The notes beneath the pieces were generated by a model. It worked only from the letters and a program-made list of their open reading frames with translations, was not told where the DNA came from and made no database searches. A stretch of 63,953 nt of DNA, filler included. It is 6 parts of 6 records of this genome, joined end to end, with 100 filler letters (N's around TTAATTAATTAA, not from the genome) between each part and the next. Parts side by side here need not be neighbours in the genome. Positions count along the whole stretch, not along the records: positions 1 to 20,670 come from DRR378314_2667; positions 20,771 to 29,087 come from DRR378314_2677; 4 more parts are not named here. The stretch is one strand, 5' to 3'. The translations under genes and the position numbers were made by a program. This document shows, one piece after another, positions 9,287 to 22,090 of this stretch. Each line of letters opens with the position of its first letter. Position 1 is the first letter of the stretch.

Positions 9287-10287
9287 GCGTTCATTTCAAC
9301 CTCAAGCGGCTGAGGCCCAACCTGGACGGGCTCGGGTTCCTGATCGATGTGGGCATGATCCTGCTGGTGATCGCCAACCTGAGCCTGATCCTGTTCGACT
9401 GGATCTACCGGGTCGAAGCGGTGCAGTCGGCGATGGAAACCTACACGCCGGACTTCTATCGCTTCTACAGCGACAGCATTCATGCCAACTTCTTTGAAAT
9501 CGATCTGGCCTTCGTCAGTGTCTATCTCACCGAGTTCGTGATCCGCTGGGCCGCCGCCATCGCCCGCCACACCTATCACCGCTGGTTCTTCTATCCGTTC
9601 GTGCACTGGTACGACTTGCTTGGCTGTATCCCGGTGGGCAGCTTCCGCTGGCTGCGGATCCTGCGTGTGGTGAGCCTGATGTACCGGCTGCAGAAGCTGG
9701 GCGTGGTGGACTTCCGAGACACCGCGGTGGGCGCCACGGTGATCAAGTATTACCGCATTCTGATGGAAGAGATTTCCGACCGGGTGGTGATCAACGTGCT
9801 GGATGGCGCGCAGCGGGAGATCCGCAGCGGCGGCGCGATGATGCACCGCATCGAGCAGGACGTGCTGGCGCCGCGGCGGGCGCAGCTGGTGGACTATGTG
9901 GCCGGCCGCATCGCCGACGCCACCCGCCGCAGCCACGACCAGTACCGCGATCAGCTTTCCGAGTACCTGGTGCACGTCACCGACGAAGCGGTGCAACGCA
10001 CCCCGGCGGGCCGGCGGCTGGCGGCGATTCCGGTGGCCGGCCCGCGCGCCATCGCGCTGCTCGGCGACACCGTGCGCGACGGCGGCACCGCCCTGGTGGC
10101 GCAAATCGTCGAGGACATCAGCGCCCCGGCCAACCGGCAACGGCTGGACGCCCTGGTGGACAACCTTCTGGTGGCGTCCAGCGGCGGCGGCGAACAACTC
10201 AATGAGATGGTGAAGGAAACGCTGCTGGAGATTCTCGACCACGTGAAGGATCAGGTGGCGGTCCAGCACTGGAAAGAAGAAGACTGA
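9283..10287 (+). CDS. membrane protein with ion-transport/voltage-sensor-like S1-S4 region and a soluble helical C-terminus
   Basis: Four helices carrying acidic S2/S3 motifs (EIDLAF..YLTEF; WYDLL) and an Arg-periodic [15 protein letters not shown]; overlaps the xthA stop (ATGA). Confidence 0.75.
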   Translation: MSVHFNLKRLRPNLDGLGFLIDVGMILLVIANLSLILFDWIYRVEAVQSAMETYTPDFYRFYSDSIHANFFEIDLAFVSVYLTEFVIRWAAAIARHTYHRWFFYPFVHWYDLLGCIPVGSFRWLRILRVVSLMYRLQKLGVVDFRDTAVGATVIKYYRILMEEISDRVVINVLDGAQREIRSGGAMMHRIEQDVLAPRRAQLVDYVAGRIADATRRSHDQYRDQLSEYLVHVTDEAVQRTPAGRRLAAIPVAGPRAIALLGDTVRDGGTALVAQIVEDISAPANRQRLDALVDNLLVASSGGGEQLNEMVKETLLEILDHVKDQVAVQHWKEED

Positions 10288-10309
10288 CGCCCGGCCCGCG
10301 CCGGCCGGG

Positions 10310-10771
10310 TTACTCCGGGGCGCGCAGCCACAGCAGCCGTGCGCCGCCGGCGGCGGCCACGTCGACATCGAACGCGGCCACGCTGCCGACGCGGAACCCC
10401 GGCCGCGAGCGCGGCTCGCCCACCCACAGGGCGCTCAGCAGCGACACCAGCGGCATGTGGCTGACCAGCACCAGGTTCTCGCAGGGCGGCTGCTCGATCA
10501 GCCAGTCGAGAAACTGATCCGGCGCCGCTTCCGGCACCAGATACCCGCACGCCTCCTGATCCATGCCGCCGTAGGCACGGGCGATGCACAGCGCGGTTTG
10601 CTGGGCGCGCCGGTAGGGGCTGGCGATCAGGCGGTCCACGGTCACCCCCTCCTCGCGCAATCTCTGCCACAGGGCCATCACTTCCAGGCGCCCGCGTTCG
10701 GTGAGCGGGCGCTCGGCGTCGGTGGGGGCCTGAGCCACGGCTTCGCCGTGCCGGCAAAGGTAGACTCTCAA
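10310..10771 (-). CDS. sixA: phosphohistidine phosphatase SixA
   Basis: RHGEA, DAERPLT, ASPYRRAQQTA and LVSHMP; overlaps the gpsA stop. Confidence 0.9.
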   Translation of the reverse strand: MRVYLCRHGEAVAQAPTDAERPLTERGRLEVMALWQRLREEGVTVDRLIASPYRRAQQTALCIARAYGGMDQEACGYLVPEAAPDQFLDWLIEQPPCENLVLVSHMPLVSLLSALWVGEPRSRPGFRVGSVAAFDVDVAAAGGARLLWLRAPE

Positions 10772-11799
10772 GCCGCCCCCCCGTGGAAGCTGAACTCCAC
10801 GTCGTGCTTGTGCTCGCCGCTCATCAACCGGGCGATCATGGTCTCCAGCGGCTTGCCCTGATAGATGATCTCGTAGAGGGCGGTGGCCAGCGGCATGTAG
10901 ACGTTGAGTTTTTCCGCGTGGGTGGCGACCAGCCGGATGGTGTTAAGGCCCTCGGCGGTCTGGCCCAGGGTATCGAGCGCCTGCTGCAGTTCCTGGCCCT
11001 GGCCGAGCTGATAACCGAGCCGGTAATTGCGCGACAGGGAGGAGGAACAGGTGGCGATCAGGTCGCCGACCCCGGACAGCCCCAGGAAGGTGAGCGGGTT
11101 GGCGCCCAGCTCCACGGCGAAGCGGCTCATTTCCGCCAACGCCCGGGTGAGCATGAAACTGCGGCTGTTCTCGCCGATGTCGATGGCGGCGGCCATGCCG
11201 GACGCCACCGCGTAGATGTTCTTGAGCGCGCCGCCCAGCTCCACGCCGTAAATGTCCGGGTTGTCGTAAACCCGGAAATATTCACAGCTGAGCGCCTGCT
11301 GGATGGTGTGGCAGAGCGCCTCGTCGGGGCTGGCGATCACCGAGCCGGTGAACTTGCGCTCGACGATCTCCCGCGCCAGGTTGGGGCCGCTGAGCACGCC
11401 GATGCGGGTGTGGTCCCACTCGCGCTTGAGCAGCTGGCTCATCAGCAGGAAGCCGTCTTCGTGGATGCCCTTGGTGCAGCTCACCACCAGGGTGCCGTCC
11501 TTGACCATGGGGCGGGCCTGGCGCAGCACCTCCACGAAGGCGCTGGAGGGCACCGCCACGAAGATCAGATCGGCGCCGTCGAGCACCTCGTCGAGATGCT
11601 CGGTGGCGTGAACCCCCTCGGGCAGAGTCTGGCCGGGCAGATAACGGGGGTTCTCCCCGTCCTCGTTAATGGCGGCGGCGGTCTCCGGATCGCGCACCCA
11701 GAGGCGGGTGCGGTGGCCGTTCTCGGCCAGGATGCTGGCCGTGGCGGTGCCGAAACTGCCACCGCCGAGAATAGCGGCGGTGTGTTTGCGCTGCTCCAT
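10768..11799 (-). CDS. gpsA: NAD(P)H-dependent glycerol-3-phosphate dehydrogenase
   Basis: GGGSFGTA, SGPNLA, GVELGGALKN, GVGDLIATC and SRNY. Confidence 0.96.
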   Translation of the reverse strand: MEQRKHTAAILGGGSFGTATASILAENGHRTRLWVRDPETAAAINEDGENPRYLPGQTLPEGVHATEHLDEVLDGADLIFVAVPSSAFVEVLRQARPMVKDGTLVVSCTKGIHEDGFLLMSQLLKREWDHTRIGVLSGPNLAREIVERKFTGSVIASPDEALCHTIQQALSCEYFRVYDNPDIYGVELGGALKNIYAVASGMAAAIDIGENSRSFMLTRALAEMSRFAVELGANPLTFLGLSGVGDLIATCSSSLSRNYRLGYQLGQGQELQQALDTLGQTAEGLNTIRLVATHAEKLNVYMPLATALYEIIYQGKPLETMIARLMSGEHKHDVEFSFHGGAA

Positions 11800-11889
11800 C
11801 AAGAGCCCCTCTGTTCGGGCGGGTGGGTCACCAAAGGGGGCATCATAAGCGCCTCCACCAGGCCAGGCAATGCGCCCGGCCGGGGTCGT

Positions 11890-13770
11890 TCAGGACTGGT
11901 CGGCACGCTCCTGCAGCAGCCGGTTCAGGCGCCGGGCGGTGGCCGCCGGGTCCGAGGGCAGCTGGCCTTCGGCGAGCAGCGCTTGATCCAGCAGCAGCTC
12001 GGCCAGTTCCGTGAAGGTGGCGCTCTCCTCGATGCCTTCCAGCCGTTGCAGCAGCGGGTGCGCCAGATTCACTTCCAGCGTCGGCTTGCTGTCCGGCACC
12101 GGCTGGCCGGCGGCTTCCAGCATCATGCGCATCTGCGGGCCCAGCTCGTCCTCGGCCAGCACCAGGCAGGCCGGCGAATCCACCAGCCGGCTGGTGGGCC
12201 GCACTTCCGCCACCTGATCGCCCAGGCTGTCACTGAGACGGCCGATCAGCGGCGCCCGCTTGTCCTGGTCGGCGCGCTCCTGGTCTTCCTGGTCCATGTC
12301 CAGCTGGCCGCGGGCCGCGTTGACCAGTTTGCACCCTTTGTATTCGCCCAGATAGCCGGTCATCCATTCGTCGACCCGCTCGGTGAGCAGCAGCACCTCA
12401 ATGCCTTTCTTGCGGAACACTTCCAGGTGCGGGCTGTTGCGCGCCGCGTTCAGGTTGTCGGCCAGCAGGTAATAGATTTTGTCCTGCTTTTCACCGGCGC
12501 GCTCCAGGTACTGGTCGAGCCCCACGGCGCCGGGCCGGACGTCCTCGGTGGACGGGAAGCGCAGCAAGGCGGCGATCGCCTCGCGGTTGTCCGGGTCCTC
12601 GCCGATGCCTTCCTTGAGCACCTCGCCGAACTGCGACCAGAAGGTGGCGTATTTTTCCTCGTCGTTGCCCAGTTTCTTGAGCGTCTGCAGAACACGCTTG
12701 GTGAGCGCGGCCCGGATCTTGCGCACCGGGCCGTAGTCCTGCAGCAGCTCGCGGCTGACGTTGAGCGGCAGGTTGGGCGCGTCGATCACGCCCTTCACGA
12801 AGCGCAGGTACAGGGGCAGGAACTGCTCCGCGTCGTCCATGATGAACACACGCTGCACGTACAGCTTCAGGCCACGGCTGGCTTCACGGTGATAGAGATC
12901 GAACGGCGCCCGGGCGGGCACGTAGAGCAGACTGGTGTATTCCAGTGCCCCTTCCACCTTGTTGTGGCTCCAGGTCAGCGCGTCCTGGAAATCATGGCTC
13001 AGGTGGCGATAGAAATTCTGGTATTCCTCGTCGCTGATCTCCTGGCGGGGGCGTTGCCAGAGCGCGGTGGCGGAATTGATGGTTTGCCACTCGCTGGTGC
13101 CGTCTTCGCCCTCACCGCCGGTCTCGGCCGGGGTCGGCATCAGAATCGGGAACGCCACATGGTCGGAATACTGCTGCACGGTGGCGCGCACTTTCTGGTC
13201 GTCCAGGAATTCCTTGGCGTCGTCGCGCAGGTGCAGCACCACCGCGGTGCCGCGCTGGGGGCGCTCGATGGTTTCCACGGTGAACTCGCCCTCGCCGTCG
13301 CTTTCCCAGCGCACGCCCTGGTCGGCGGGGTCGCCGGCACGGCGGCTGAACACCTCGACGCGGCCGGCGACGATAAAGGCGGAATAGAAGCCCACGCCGA
13401 ACTGGCCGATCAACTGGGCGTCCTTGCGGCGGTCGCCGGTCATGCTGGCGAGAAACTTCTCGGTGCCGGAGCGGGCGATGGTACCCAGATTGTCGACCAC
13501 CTCTTCCCGGTTCATGCCGATGCCGTTGTCGGCGATGGTGAGCGTGCCCTCGTCCTTGTCCACCGAGAGCCGGATCCAGGGCTCCGGATCGTTTTCCAGC
13601 AGCTCGGCGTCGTCGAGCGCCCGGAAACGCAGTTTGTCGCAGGCGTCGGAGGCGTTGGATATCAGCTCGCGCAGGAAAATCTCACGGTTGCTGTACAGGG
13701 AGTGCACCATCAGGTGCAAAAGGCGGGATACTTCCGCCTGGAAACCACGGGTTTCGCGGTTTTGACTCAT
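11890..13770 (-). CDS. htpG: molecular chaperone HtpG (Hsp90)
   Basis: YSNREIFLRELISNASDA, DNGIGM, NLGTIARSGT, IGQFGVGFYS and LPLNVSRE. Confidence 0.98.
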   Translation of the reverse strand: MSQNRETRGFQAEVSRLLHLMVHSLYSNREIFLRELISNASDACDKLRFRALDDAELLENDPEPWIRLSVDKDEGTLTIADNGIGMNREEVVDNLGTIARSGTEKFLASMTGDRRKDAQLIGQFGVGFYSAFIVAGRVEVFSRRAGDPADQGVRWESDGEGEFTVETIERPQRGTAVVLHLRDDAKEFLDDQKVRATVQQYSDHVAFPILMPTPAETGGEGEDGTSEWQTINSATALWQRPRQEISDEEYQNFYRHLSHDFQDALTWSHNKVEGALEYTSLLYVPARAPFDLYHREASRGLKLYVQRVFIMDDAEQFLPLYLRFVKGVIDAPNLPLNVSRELLQDYGPVRKIRAALTKRVLQTLKKLGNDEEKYATFWSQFGEVLKEGIGEDPDNREAIAALLRFPSTEDVRPGAVGLDQYLERAGEKQDKIYYLLADNLNAARNSPHLEVFRKKGIEVLLLTERVDEWMTGYLGEYKGCKLVNAARGQLDMDQEDQERADQDKRAPLIGRLSDSLGDQVAEVRPTSRLVDSPACLVLAEDELGPQMRMMLEAAGQPVPDSKPTLEVNLAHPLLQRLEGIEESATFTELAELLLDQALLAEGQLPSDPAATARRLNRLLQERADQS

Positions 13771-13874
13771 AGATTCTTCTCCGCCGGATAATCACTGAAC
13801 ACCACGGCGCCCTCCCCGGCACCGCCGCCTTCTAGATAGGCACCCGGACGGACTTTTTCAAGGTCCGGACCTCT

Positions 13875-14783
13875 CTACGAAGCGGTGTTGGCGAGATCGT
13901 CGAGCGCCTCTTCGAGGCTCGGGAAGCGGAAGGTGAAGCCCTGGTCTTCCAGGCGGCGCGGGTAGACGCGCTGGCCGCCCAGCAACAGCCCGGACAGTTC
14001 ACCCAGGCCGAGCCGCAGCAACGGCGCCGGGGCCACCCAGGGGGCGGGGCGATGAACGGCGCTGGCCAGCGCCCGGTGGAAATGCCGCTGGGTCACCGGC
14101 TGAGGGGCGGTGGCGTTAAAGACGCCCTCCACGCCCGGGGTCTCCAGGGCGCGCGCCAGGATCGACACCATGTCCTCGATATGGATCCAGCTCAGCCACT
14201 GGCTGCCGTCACCGAGACGGGCGCCGAGCCCCAGCCGGTAGACCGGCCAGAGCCCTTTCAGCATGCCGCCGTCGCGCCCCAGCACCACGCCGGTACGGAT
14301 GATGCTCAGGCGCACGCCCTGCCCCGTCACCTCGCGGGCGGTCTGCTCCCAGGCGTCGCAGAGCCGGTAGCCGAAATCCTTGCGCCGGGCGGAGCTGTGC
14401 TCGGTCAGCTCGGCGTCGCCGGCGTCGCCGTAAAAACCCACCGCCGAGCCGCTCACCATCACCGAGGGCGTGGTGTCGAGCCGTCGGCACAGCGCCACCA
14501 GCTCGCGGGTGGTGTCCAGCCGCGAAGCCATCAGGGTGCGCTTGCGGGATTCACTCCAACGGCGGGTGAAGAGGTTTTCGCCGGCCAGATTGACGATGCC
14601 GTCGATAGCATCGTCGTCGCCGATGTCGTCCAGGGACGCCACCACCCGGGTGCCCTCGGGCAGTTTCGACCGCGCCCGCTCCGGCGACCGGCTGAGCACG
14701 GTCAGAGCGTGGCCGTGGGCGGCCAGCCGCCGGCATAGCTCGCCGCCGATGAAACCACTGCCGCCGGTTATCAGAACCTTCAT
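13875..14783 (-). CDS. TIGR01777-family NAD-dependent epimerase (YfcH-like)
   Basis: ITGGSGFIG, VNLAGE, GSAVGFYG, GDGSQWLSWIHIED and GQRVYP. Confidence 0.9.
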   Translation of the reverse strand: MKVLITGGSGFIGGELCRRLAAHGHALTVLSRSPERARSKLPEGTRVVASLDDIGDDDAIDGIVNLAGENLFTRRWSESRKRTLMASRLDTTRELVALCRRLDTTPSVMVSGSAVGFYGDAGDAELTEHSSARRKDFGYRLCDAWEQTAREVTGQGVRLSIIRTGVVLGRDGGMLKGLWPVYRLGLGARLGDGSQWLSWIHIEDMVSILARALETPGVEGVFNATAPQPVTQRHFHRALASAVHRPAPWVAPAPLLRLGLGELSGLLLGGQRVYPRRLEDQGFTFRFPSLEEALDDLANTAS

Positions 14784-16336
14784 TGCGCCTCCTCGATTGA
14801 AGCCACGTCGCCGAGGTCGTAGAAGTACTCGACCTTGCCGGAACCCATTGCCACCGCCAGCGTCACGCGTCTCTTGTCGACGTCCACCAGGGTCCCCCGG
14901 TGGCGTTCACCGCTTTCCAGGGTCACCGTCACCGGGCCGCCGATCAAGCCCTGGTACGGCGCCCCGTCTTCGTCGGGGGCGGCCCGCTCGGGCGCCGGCG
15001 CGGCCGCCGTCTCGCCGCCGCCGGCGGTGTCCAGCACCAGCCGGGTGCCGTCGGCGAGCATCAGTTCACGCACGCTGTCCTCACGCAGATTGATTTCCGC
15101 CCGCCCGGAGCCCATGGTCATTTCCAGCCACAGGCGCTGCTCGTTGACGCGGGTCAGCGTGCCGCTGCTGGCGCTGCCGTTGCGCTCCGTGACGGTCACC
15201 TGCTGGCCCAGGTAGGAGGCCAGGTCGGTAAAGCGGTGCAGGCGCACGGTCACCGCCGGCGACAGCGACGCGCGCGGCGCCGAGGCGCCGAGCACGCCGC
15301 TGTCCGCTGTCTCGGCGGCGCCGGCGGCGAGCACCCGGGTTTCCATGGAGCCCGGGGTCACCGCCCAGCCGACGCTGTTTTCCTCCAACTGCAACCGCCG
15401 GCGTTCCACGGTGCCGTCGCGCAGTGCCACGCGGGCCTGCACTTCCCCTTCGCGGGAGGCGCGCCGCAGGTTGACGTTCTCGATGCGGATCGACGCCACC
15501 GCCCCGGCCGGAAACTGGGTATGCAGATATTCGCGCGCCACGTAGCCGAGCGTGTCCGGGTGATCGAAAAACAAATCCACTTTGCCGTTACGGTAGCGCA
15601 GGTGGTTGGTCTGTACCGTGAAGTCTCCGACCAGATAGCTGCGCAGGGTATCGGGAAGCACCAGCTGCAGGGCGCCGGTGAACTGCTGGTCGCCGAGCGG
15701 TGCCAGCGCCAGCTCCAGCCGGTAGCCCTCGTTGAAGATGCGGGTCTCGGGGTAGCTGCGCCCTTCCGGTTTCCAGGACACATGCACCGGCGGGCCGCCG
15801 GATTCCGCCGGGGTGATCAGCAGGGTGCGCCGTTCCTGGATGTCCTCCGGGCGCCAGCCGAGCAGGATGCTGACGGAAAGGTCGGGCAGGAACGCCTCCC
15901 CCTGGTGGATGCTGAGCACGCCGTTGATCAGGGTGACCCGCACCGGGTTCAGCAATGTCTGGCCGTGGATCAGGCCGGACAGCGGTTTGCCGTCGCCCTG
16001 CACCATCAACAGCGCCGCCTCCGGGGAGCGCACGAAGGTGGTGGCCGCCGGGGTTTTGGCGCCACGCAGCACCTGGCCGGGCACCGCGTTGATCGGCTCC
16101 AGCCGCTCGTGCTGCACGTAGATCAGCCCCGCGCCGACCAGCAGGCACACGGTGCCGAGCACCCTGAGCAGGGCCAGCACCCCGTAGTTTTGCCAGTTTT
16201 CCTGAACCTGGCGCAAACCGGCCAGGGGTATTAGAAAAAGCAGCGTGCTGTCGCCACGGAACGCGGCCTGCCGCACCAGCCCCACCGTGGCCATGATCAG
16301 CAGGCTGAGGCCGGCCACTAATAGCCATTCCGCCAT
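14780..16336 (-). CDS. membrane-anchored hypothetical protein with two repeated C-terminal beta-rich domains
   Basis: 518 aa; N-terminal hydrophobic helices; duplicated C-terminal GxxVTVT..G....GTL..V....MGSG motif; overlaps the next gene. Confidence 0.75.
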   Translation of the reverse strand: MAEWLLVAGLSLLIMATVGLVRQAAFRGDSTLLFLIPLAGLRQVQENWQNYGVLALLRVLGTVCLLVGAGLIYVQHERLEPINAVPGQVLRGAKTPAATTFVRSPEAALLMVQGDGKPLSGLIHGQTLLNPVRVTLINGVLSIHQGEAFLPDLSVSILLGWRPEDIQERRTLLITPAESGGPPVHVSWKPEGRSYPETRIFNEGYRLELALAPLGDQQFTGALQLVLPDTLRSYLVGDFTVQTNHLRYRNGKVDLFFDHPDTLGYVAREYLHTQFPAGAVASIRIENVNLRRASREGEVQARVALRDGTVERRRLQLEENSVGWAVTPGSMETRVLAAGAAETADSGVLGASAPRASLSPAVTVRLHRFTDLASYLGQQVTVTERNGSASSGTLTRVNEQRLWLEMTMGSGRAEINLREDSVRELMLADGTRLVLDTAGGGETAAAPAPERAAPDEDGAPYQGLIGGPVTVTLESGERHRGTLVDVDKRRVTLAVAMGSGKVEYFYDLGDVASIEEAQ

Positions 16337-16644
16337 TTTATTATGCTCTCCCCGATAGCCGGCCGGCGGCCGGCGTCATGCCGCCATGGTAAACGTCAGC
16401 TTACAAAGCCTTACCCGGTCAATCCACACTTTCACCATCGCGACATGTTCCCGGCCCCCAAGGGTATGACGGTGGTCACACCGGGCCGCGAAATACCGGT
16501 CATCGGATTTCATCAAAAAACGCTTGTCTCGATAAAAAACTGACGTTATACAGGCGCTGAGGTGGTCAGAGCTGGAATCCTCCCAGGGGGATGCCGCTCG
16601 GTACCCGGTTGTTTACGGCGGTTCCGTTTCCGAAGGAGGCGACC

Positions 16645-16887
16645 ATGAGTGACCGACGCACTGAGAATGACTATGAGTCGGATGATTTACTGATGAACGA
16701 TGATTTTGAACTCGAAGATGGCGTGGACGACGATCTCCAGGAAGAGAAAGCAGCCCGTTCACGCAGTTTCAACATGGACATGAGGCACCGCATCGAAGAC
16801 CGTCTGGAAGAGCGTCGTCTCAAGCGCGAGCTTGGTGATTACGAGTTCTTCGATATGGACGACGATGACGAGGACATCCTGCACTGA
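16645..16887 (+). CDS. small acidic protein, PA3496-family-like
   Basis: 80 aa after a strong RBS (AAGGAGG); Asp/Glu-rich, with the RHRIEDRLEERRLKREL motif. Confidence 0.75.
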   Translation: MSDRRTENDYESDDLLMNDDFELEDGVDDDLQEEKAARSRSFNMDMRHRIEDRLEERRLKRELGDYEFFDMDDDDEDILH

Positions 16888-16901
16888 CAGTGGCGGGGTA
16901 T

Positions 16902-16931
16902 AAAAAAAGGCCGGCGATTGCCGGCCTTTTT
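16902..16931. terminator. bidirectional rho-independent terminator
   Basis: A7-GGCCGGC-GATT-GCCGGCC-T5 between convergent genes. Confidence 0.88.
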
Positions 16932-16957
16932 ATTAACCACTCTGGTACGTCGCGGGA

Positions 16958-17829
16958 TTACCAGCCGGTGGCTTTTTTCACGCCTTCGCCGATTTCGGCG
17001 GGGTTGCGGACGGTGACCACACCGGCCGCTTCCAGGGCGGCGAACTTCTCGTCCGCGGTGCCCTTGCCGCCGGCGATGATGGCGCCAGCATGGCCCATGC
17101 GCTTACCCGGGGGCGCGGTGACACCGGCGATGTAGCTGACTACCGGCTTGGTCACGTTGTCCTTGATGTAGGCGGCGGCTTCGTCCTCGGCGGTACCGCC
17201 GATTTCACCGACCATCACGATGGCTTCGGTCTGCGGGTCGTTCTGGAACAGTTCCAGCGCTTCGATAAAGGTGGTCCCGGGAATCGGGTCGCCGCCAATA
17301 CCGATGCAGGTGGACTGGCCGTAACCCAGCTTGGTGGTCTGGTTGACCGCCTCGTAGGTCAGGGTGCCGGAACGGGACACGATGCCCACCTTGCCGGGCT
17401 TGTGAATGTGACCGGGCATGATGCCGATCTTGCATTCACCGGGGGTAATCACGCCGGGGCAGTTCGGGCCGATCAGGCGCACGCCCTGCTTACGGTCCAG
17501 GTATTCCTTCACATAGAGCATGTCCAGCGCCGGGATGCCCTCGGTGATGCAGACGATCAGCTCGATGCCGGCGTCGGCGGCTTCCAGGATGGAATCCTTG
17601 CAGAACGGGGCCGGTACGTAGATCACGGACGCGGTGGCGCCGGTCTCTTTGACCGCTTCGGCCACGGTGTTGAACACCGGCAGGCCCAGATGGGTCTGGC
17701 CGCCCTTGCCCGGGGTCACGCCGCCCACCATCTTGGTACCGTATTCCAGCGCCTGTTCGGAATGGAAGGTGCCCTGGCTGCCGGTGAAACCCTGGCAGAT
17801 CACCTTGGTGTTCTTATCAATCAATACGC

Positions 17830-17833
<4 letters not shown>
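16958..17833 (-). CDS. sucD: succinyl-CoA synthetase alpha subunit
   Basis: [26 protein letters not shown] and RMGHAGA. Confidence 0.98.
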
Positions 17834-18999
<1,166 letters not shown>

Positions 19000-19102
19000 G
19001 CCTTAACTTCCGTAAGCTTGTCTGTGGATAGCGCTCCCGGCGCAATATCGGGGCCTCTTCGGGCCCCTCTTGTGTCGGGGCCCGCTGGGTATCTTCGGGG
19101 CC

Positions 19103-20670
<1,568 letters not shown>

Positions 20671-20770
20671 NNNNNNNNNNNNNNNNNNNNNNNNNNNNNN
20701 NNNNNNNNNNNNNNTTAATTAATTAANNNNNNNNNNNNNNNNNNNNNNNNNNNNNNNNNNNNNNNNNNNN
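20671..20770. other. artificial contig spacer
   Basis: N44-TTAATTAATTAA-N44, with stop codons in all six frames; identical at five places. Confidence 0.99.
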
Positions 20771-20787
20771 AGAGCCCGGCAACGTAC

Positions 20788-21637
20788 CAGAACCAGGAAG
20801 CTGAGATTGTAAAGCCCCTCGAGGTTGTGCGTCTGGAGGGCGTCCAGAAGCACCTCCTCGTTCCTGATATCGGGAACGGCATCCAAAATAGAGCTCCGCG
20901 CCTGCACCGCACCGTGGATCCAGCACGCAGCGCGCATCATAGACATACGACGAAAATACGTATTAACACTTTTGTTCACACGTCCAGGGGTGTATCCGTT
21001 TACATTGACGCGTGCTGGCTGGCGGACAGGCGCAAGTAGTAACGCACAGAGAGCGAGACCGTGCGTGTGTGACACACAGCCAGCGTCCGCACGGCGCCGC
21101 ATCGCGCAAGCAGCGAGCGAGAATCGGGGTCTTGAAGGAGTAGCACGGTTCTTTGTTTATCATCTCCACTGGCCGGCTCTTCTGGAAAGCTACGCTCTTC
21201 AACGTGCGCAAATGCACCCCTGCACAGGAAGCGTGCCCAAGGGCGAGCGGTACAGGGCGAGCGCCGCGAAACAGGAACGAAACGAGCCGCAGCGCCCAAC
21301 GCGGGAGCACGCAACGCAGCAGTCCAGCTCCCTGTGACATGCTCGTCCTCACAGTGCCCCCGCATTCGATCGTTGCCTCATCAGAAATAGTGCGATGTAC
21401 CTGAGGAGCGTGCGGGTACAGATCGGGCCGGCTGACGAACGGTGCCTGGGAGTCGGTGAGGACCGAGGAGTCGACGCGCTCGAGCGCCGGCGGCGCAGAG
21501 ACCGAGTCGGCGGGAGCGTCCGGTCCCTCCGGCTCGTCGTCGCCTCGCTCTTCCGTGAGCGCTGCGCCTTTGCTCTTTCCTGTGCGCTCGGACTGCTGCT
21601 CGAGCTTGCGCGGGCGAAGATTCTGTACGCGATCCAT
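20788..21637 (-). CDS. eukaryotic MBOAT acyltransferase (DGAT1/sterol O-acyltransferase-like), first two exons 21637-21401 and 20901-20788; 3' part missing
   Basis: A GT..AG phase-0 intron (21400-20902) gives ...SRPDLYPHAPQ|ARSSILD...QTHNLEGLYNLSFLVL|gtacgt, which resembles the conserved DGAT1 N-terminal segment (RPS.PAH..ARESPLSS...QSHAGLFNL..VVL) after a disordered N-terminus. Confidence 0.6.
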
Positions 21638-22065
21638 GGTCTATGCTACGAATGTAGTGCCGTCACAACGACCAGCACGTATGGAAGACAGGAAGGAATT
21701 GGCGCGACGCGGAGAGATACCGTGCGCGTGCGGCGCTCTGAGCGAGAGGAGCGGTGAAGAAGCAACCTGCGCCGCTGTGTGGCACCGCACTAAAAATGGC
21801 AACCAAACACACACCCGGGCGTACATCTCTGTCCTCCAAGAAAAATCAGACCCTATAGAAAATTCTTATCTGTCTTTTTACTATTACTTCACGTGCAAAG
21901 TGTAAGGGTTAGAGTCATCATTTATCCAGTGCCCTAGCGTTCGCAGTCAGCATGTGGGTGGTATAGTACCAGGACCCCCTATTCCTGTTCCGCGCGCCCT
22001 CCGCTGGATACACGTCGCCCAGGCGCGTTCGCTAGAGTGCACTTGCTGCGCTTCCCGGTTCCAGC

Positions 22066-22090
22066 ACGCGACGCGACGCGACGCGACGCG
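22066..22090 (+). repeat. (ACGCG)5 tandem repeat just upstream of the RPN11 ATG
   Basis: Five perfect ACGCG units ending 9 nt before ATG22100. Confidence 0.9.

Noticed and set aside
10783-13791. 1002-aa plus-strand ORF and other long antisense ORFs (e.g. 19070-20548, 36265-38073, 58254-60134)
   Set aside because: Shadow frames of well-supported genes in high-GC DNA; no motifs, and typical antisense amino-acid composition
20671-20770. TTAATTAATTAA repeated five times as a biological repeat or recombination site
   Set aside because: Always centred in exactly 88 Ns and gives stops in all six frames; it is an artificial concatenation linker
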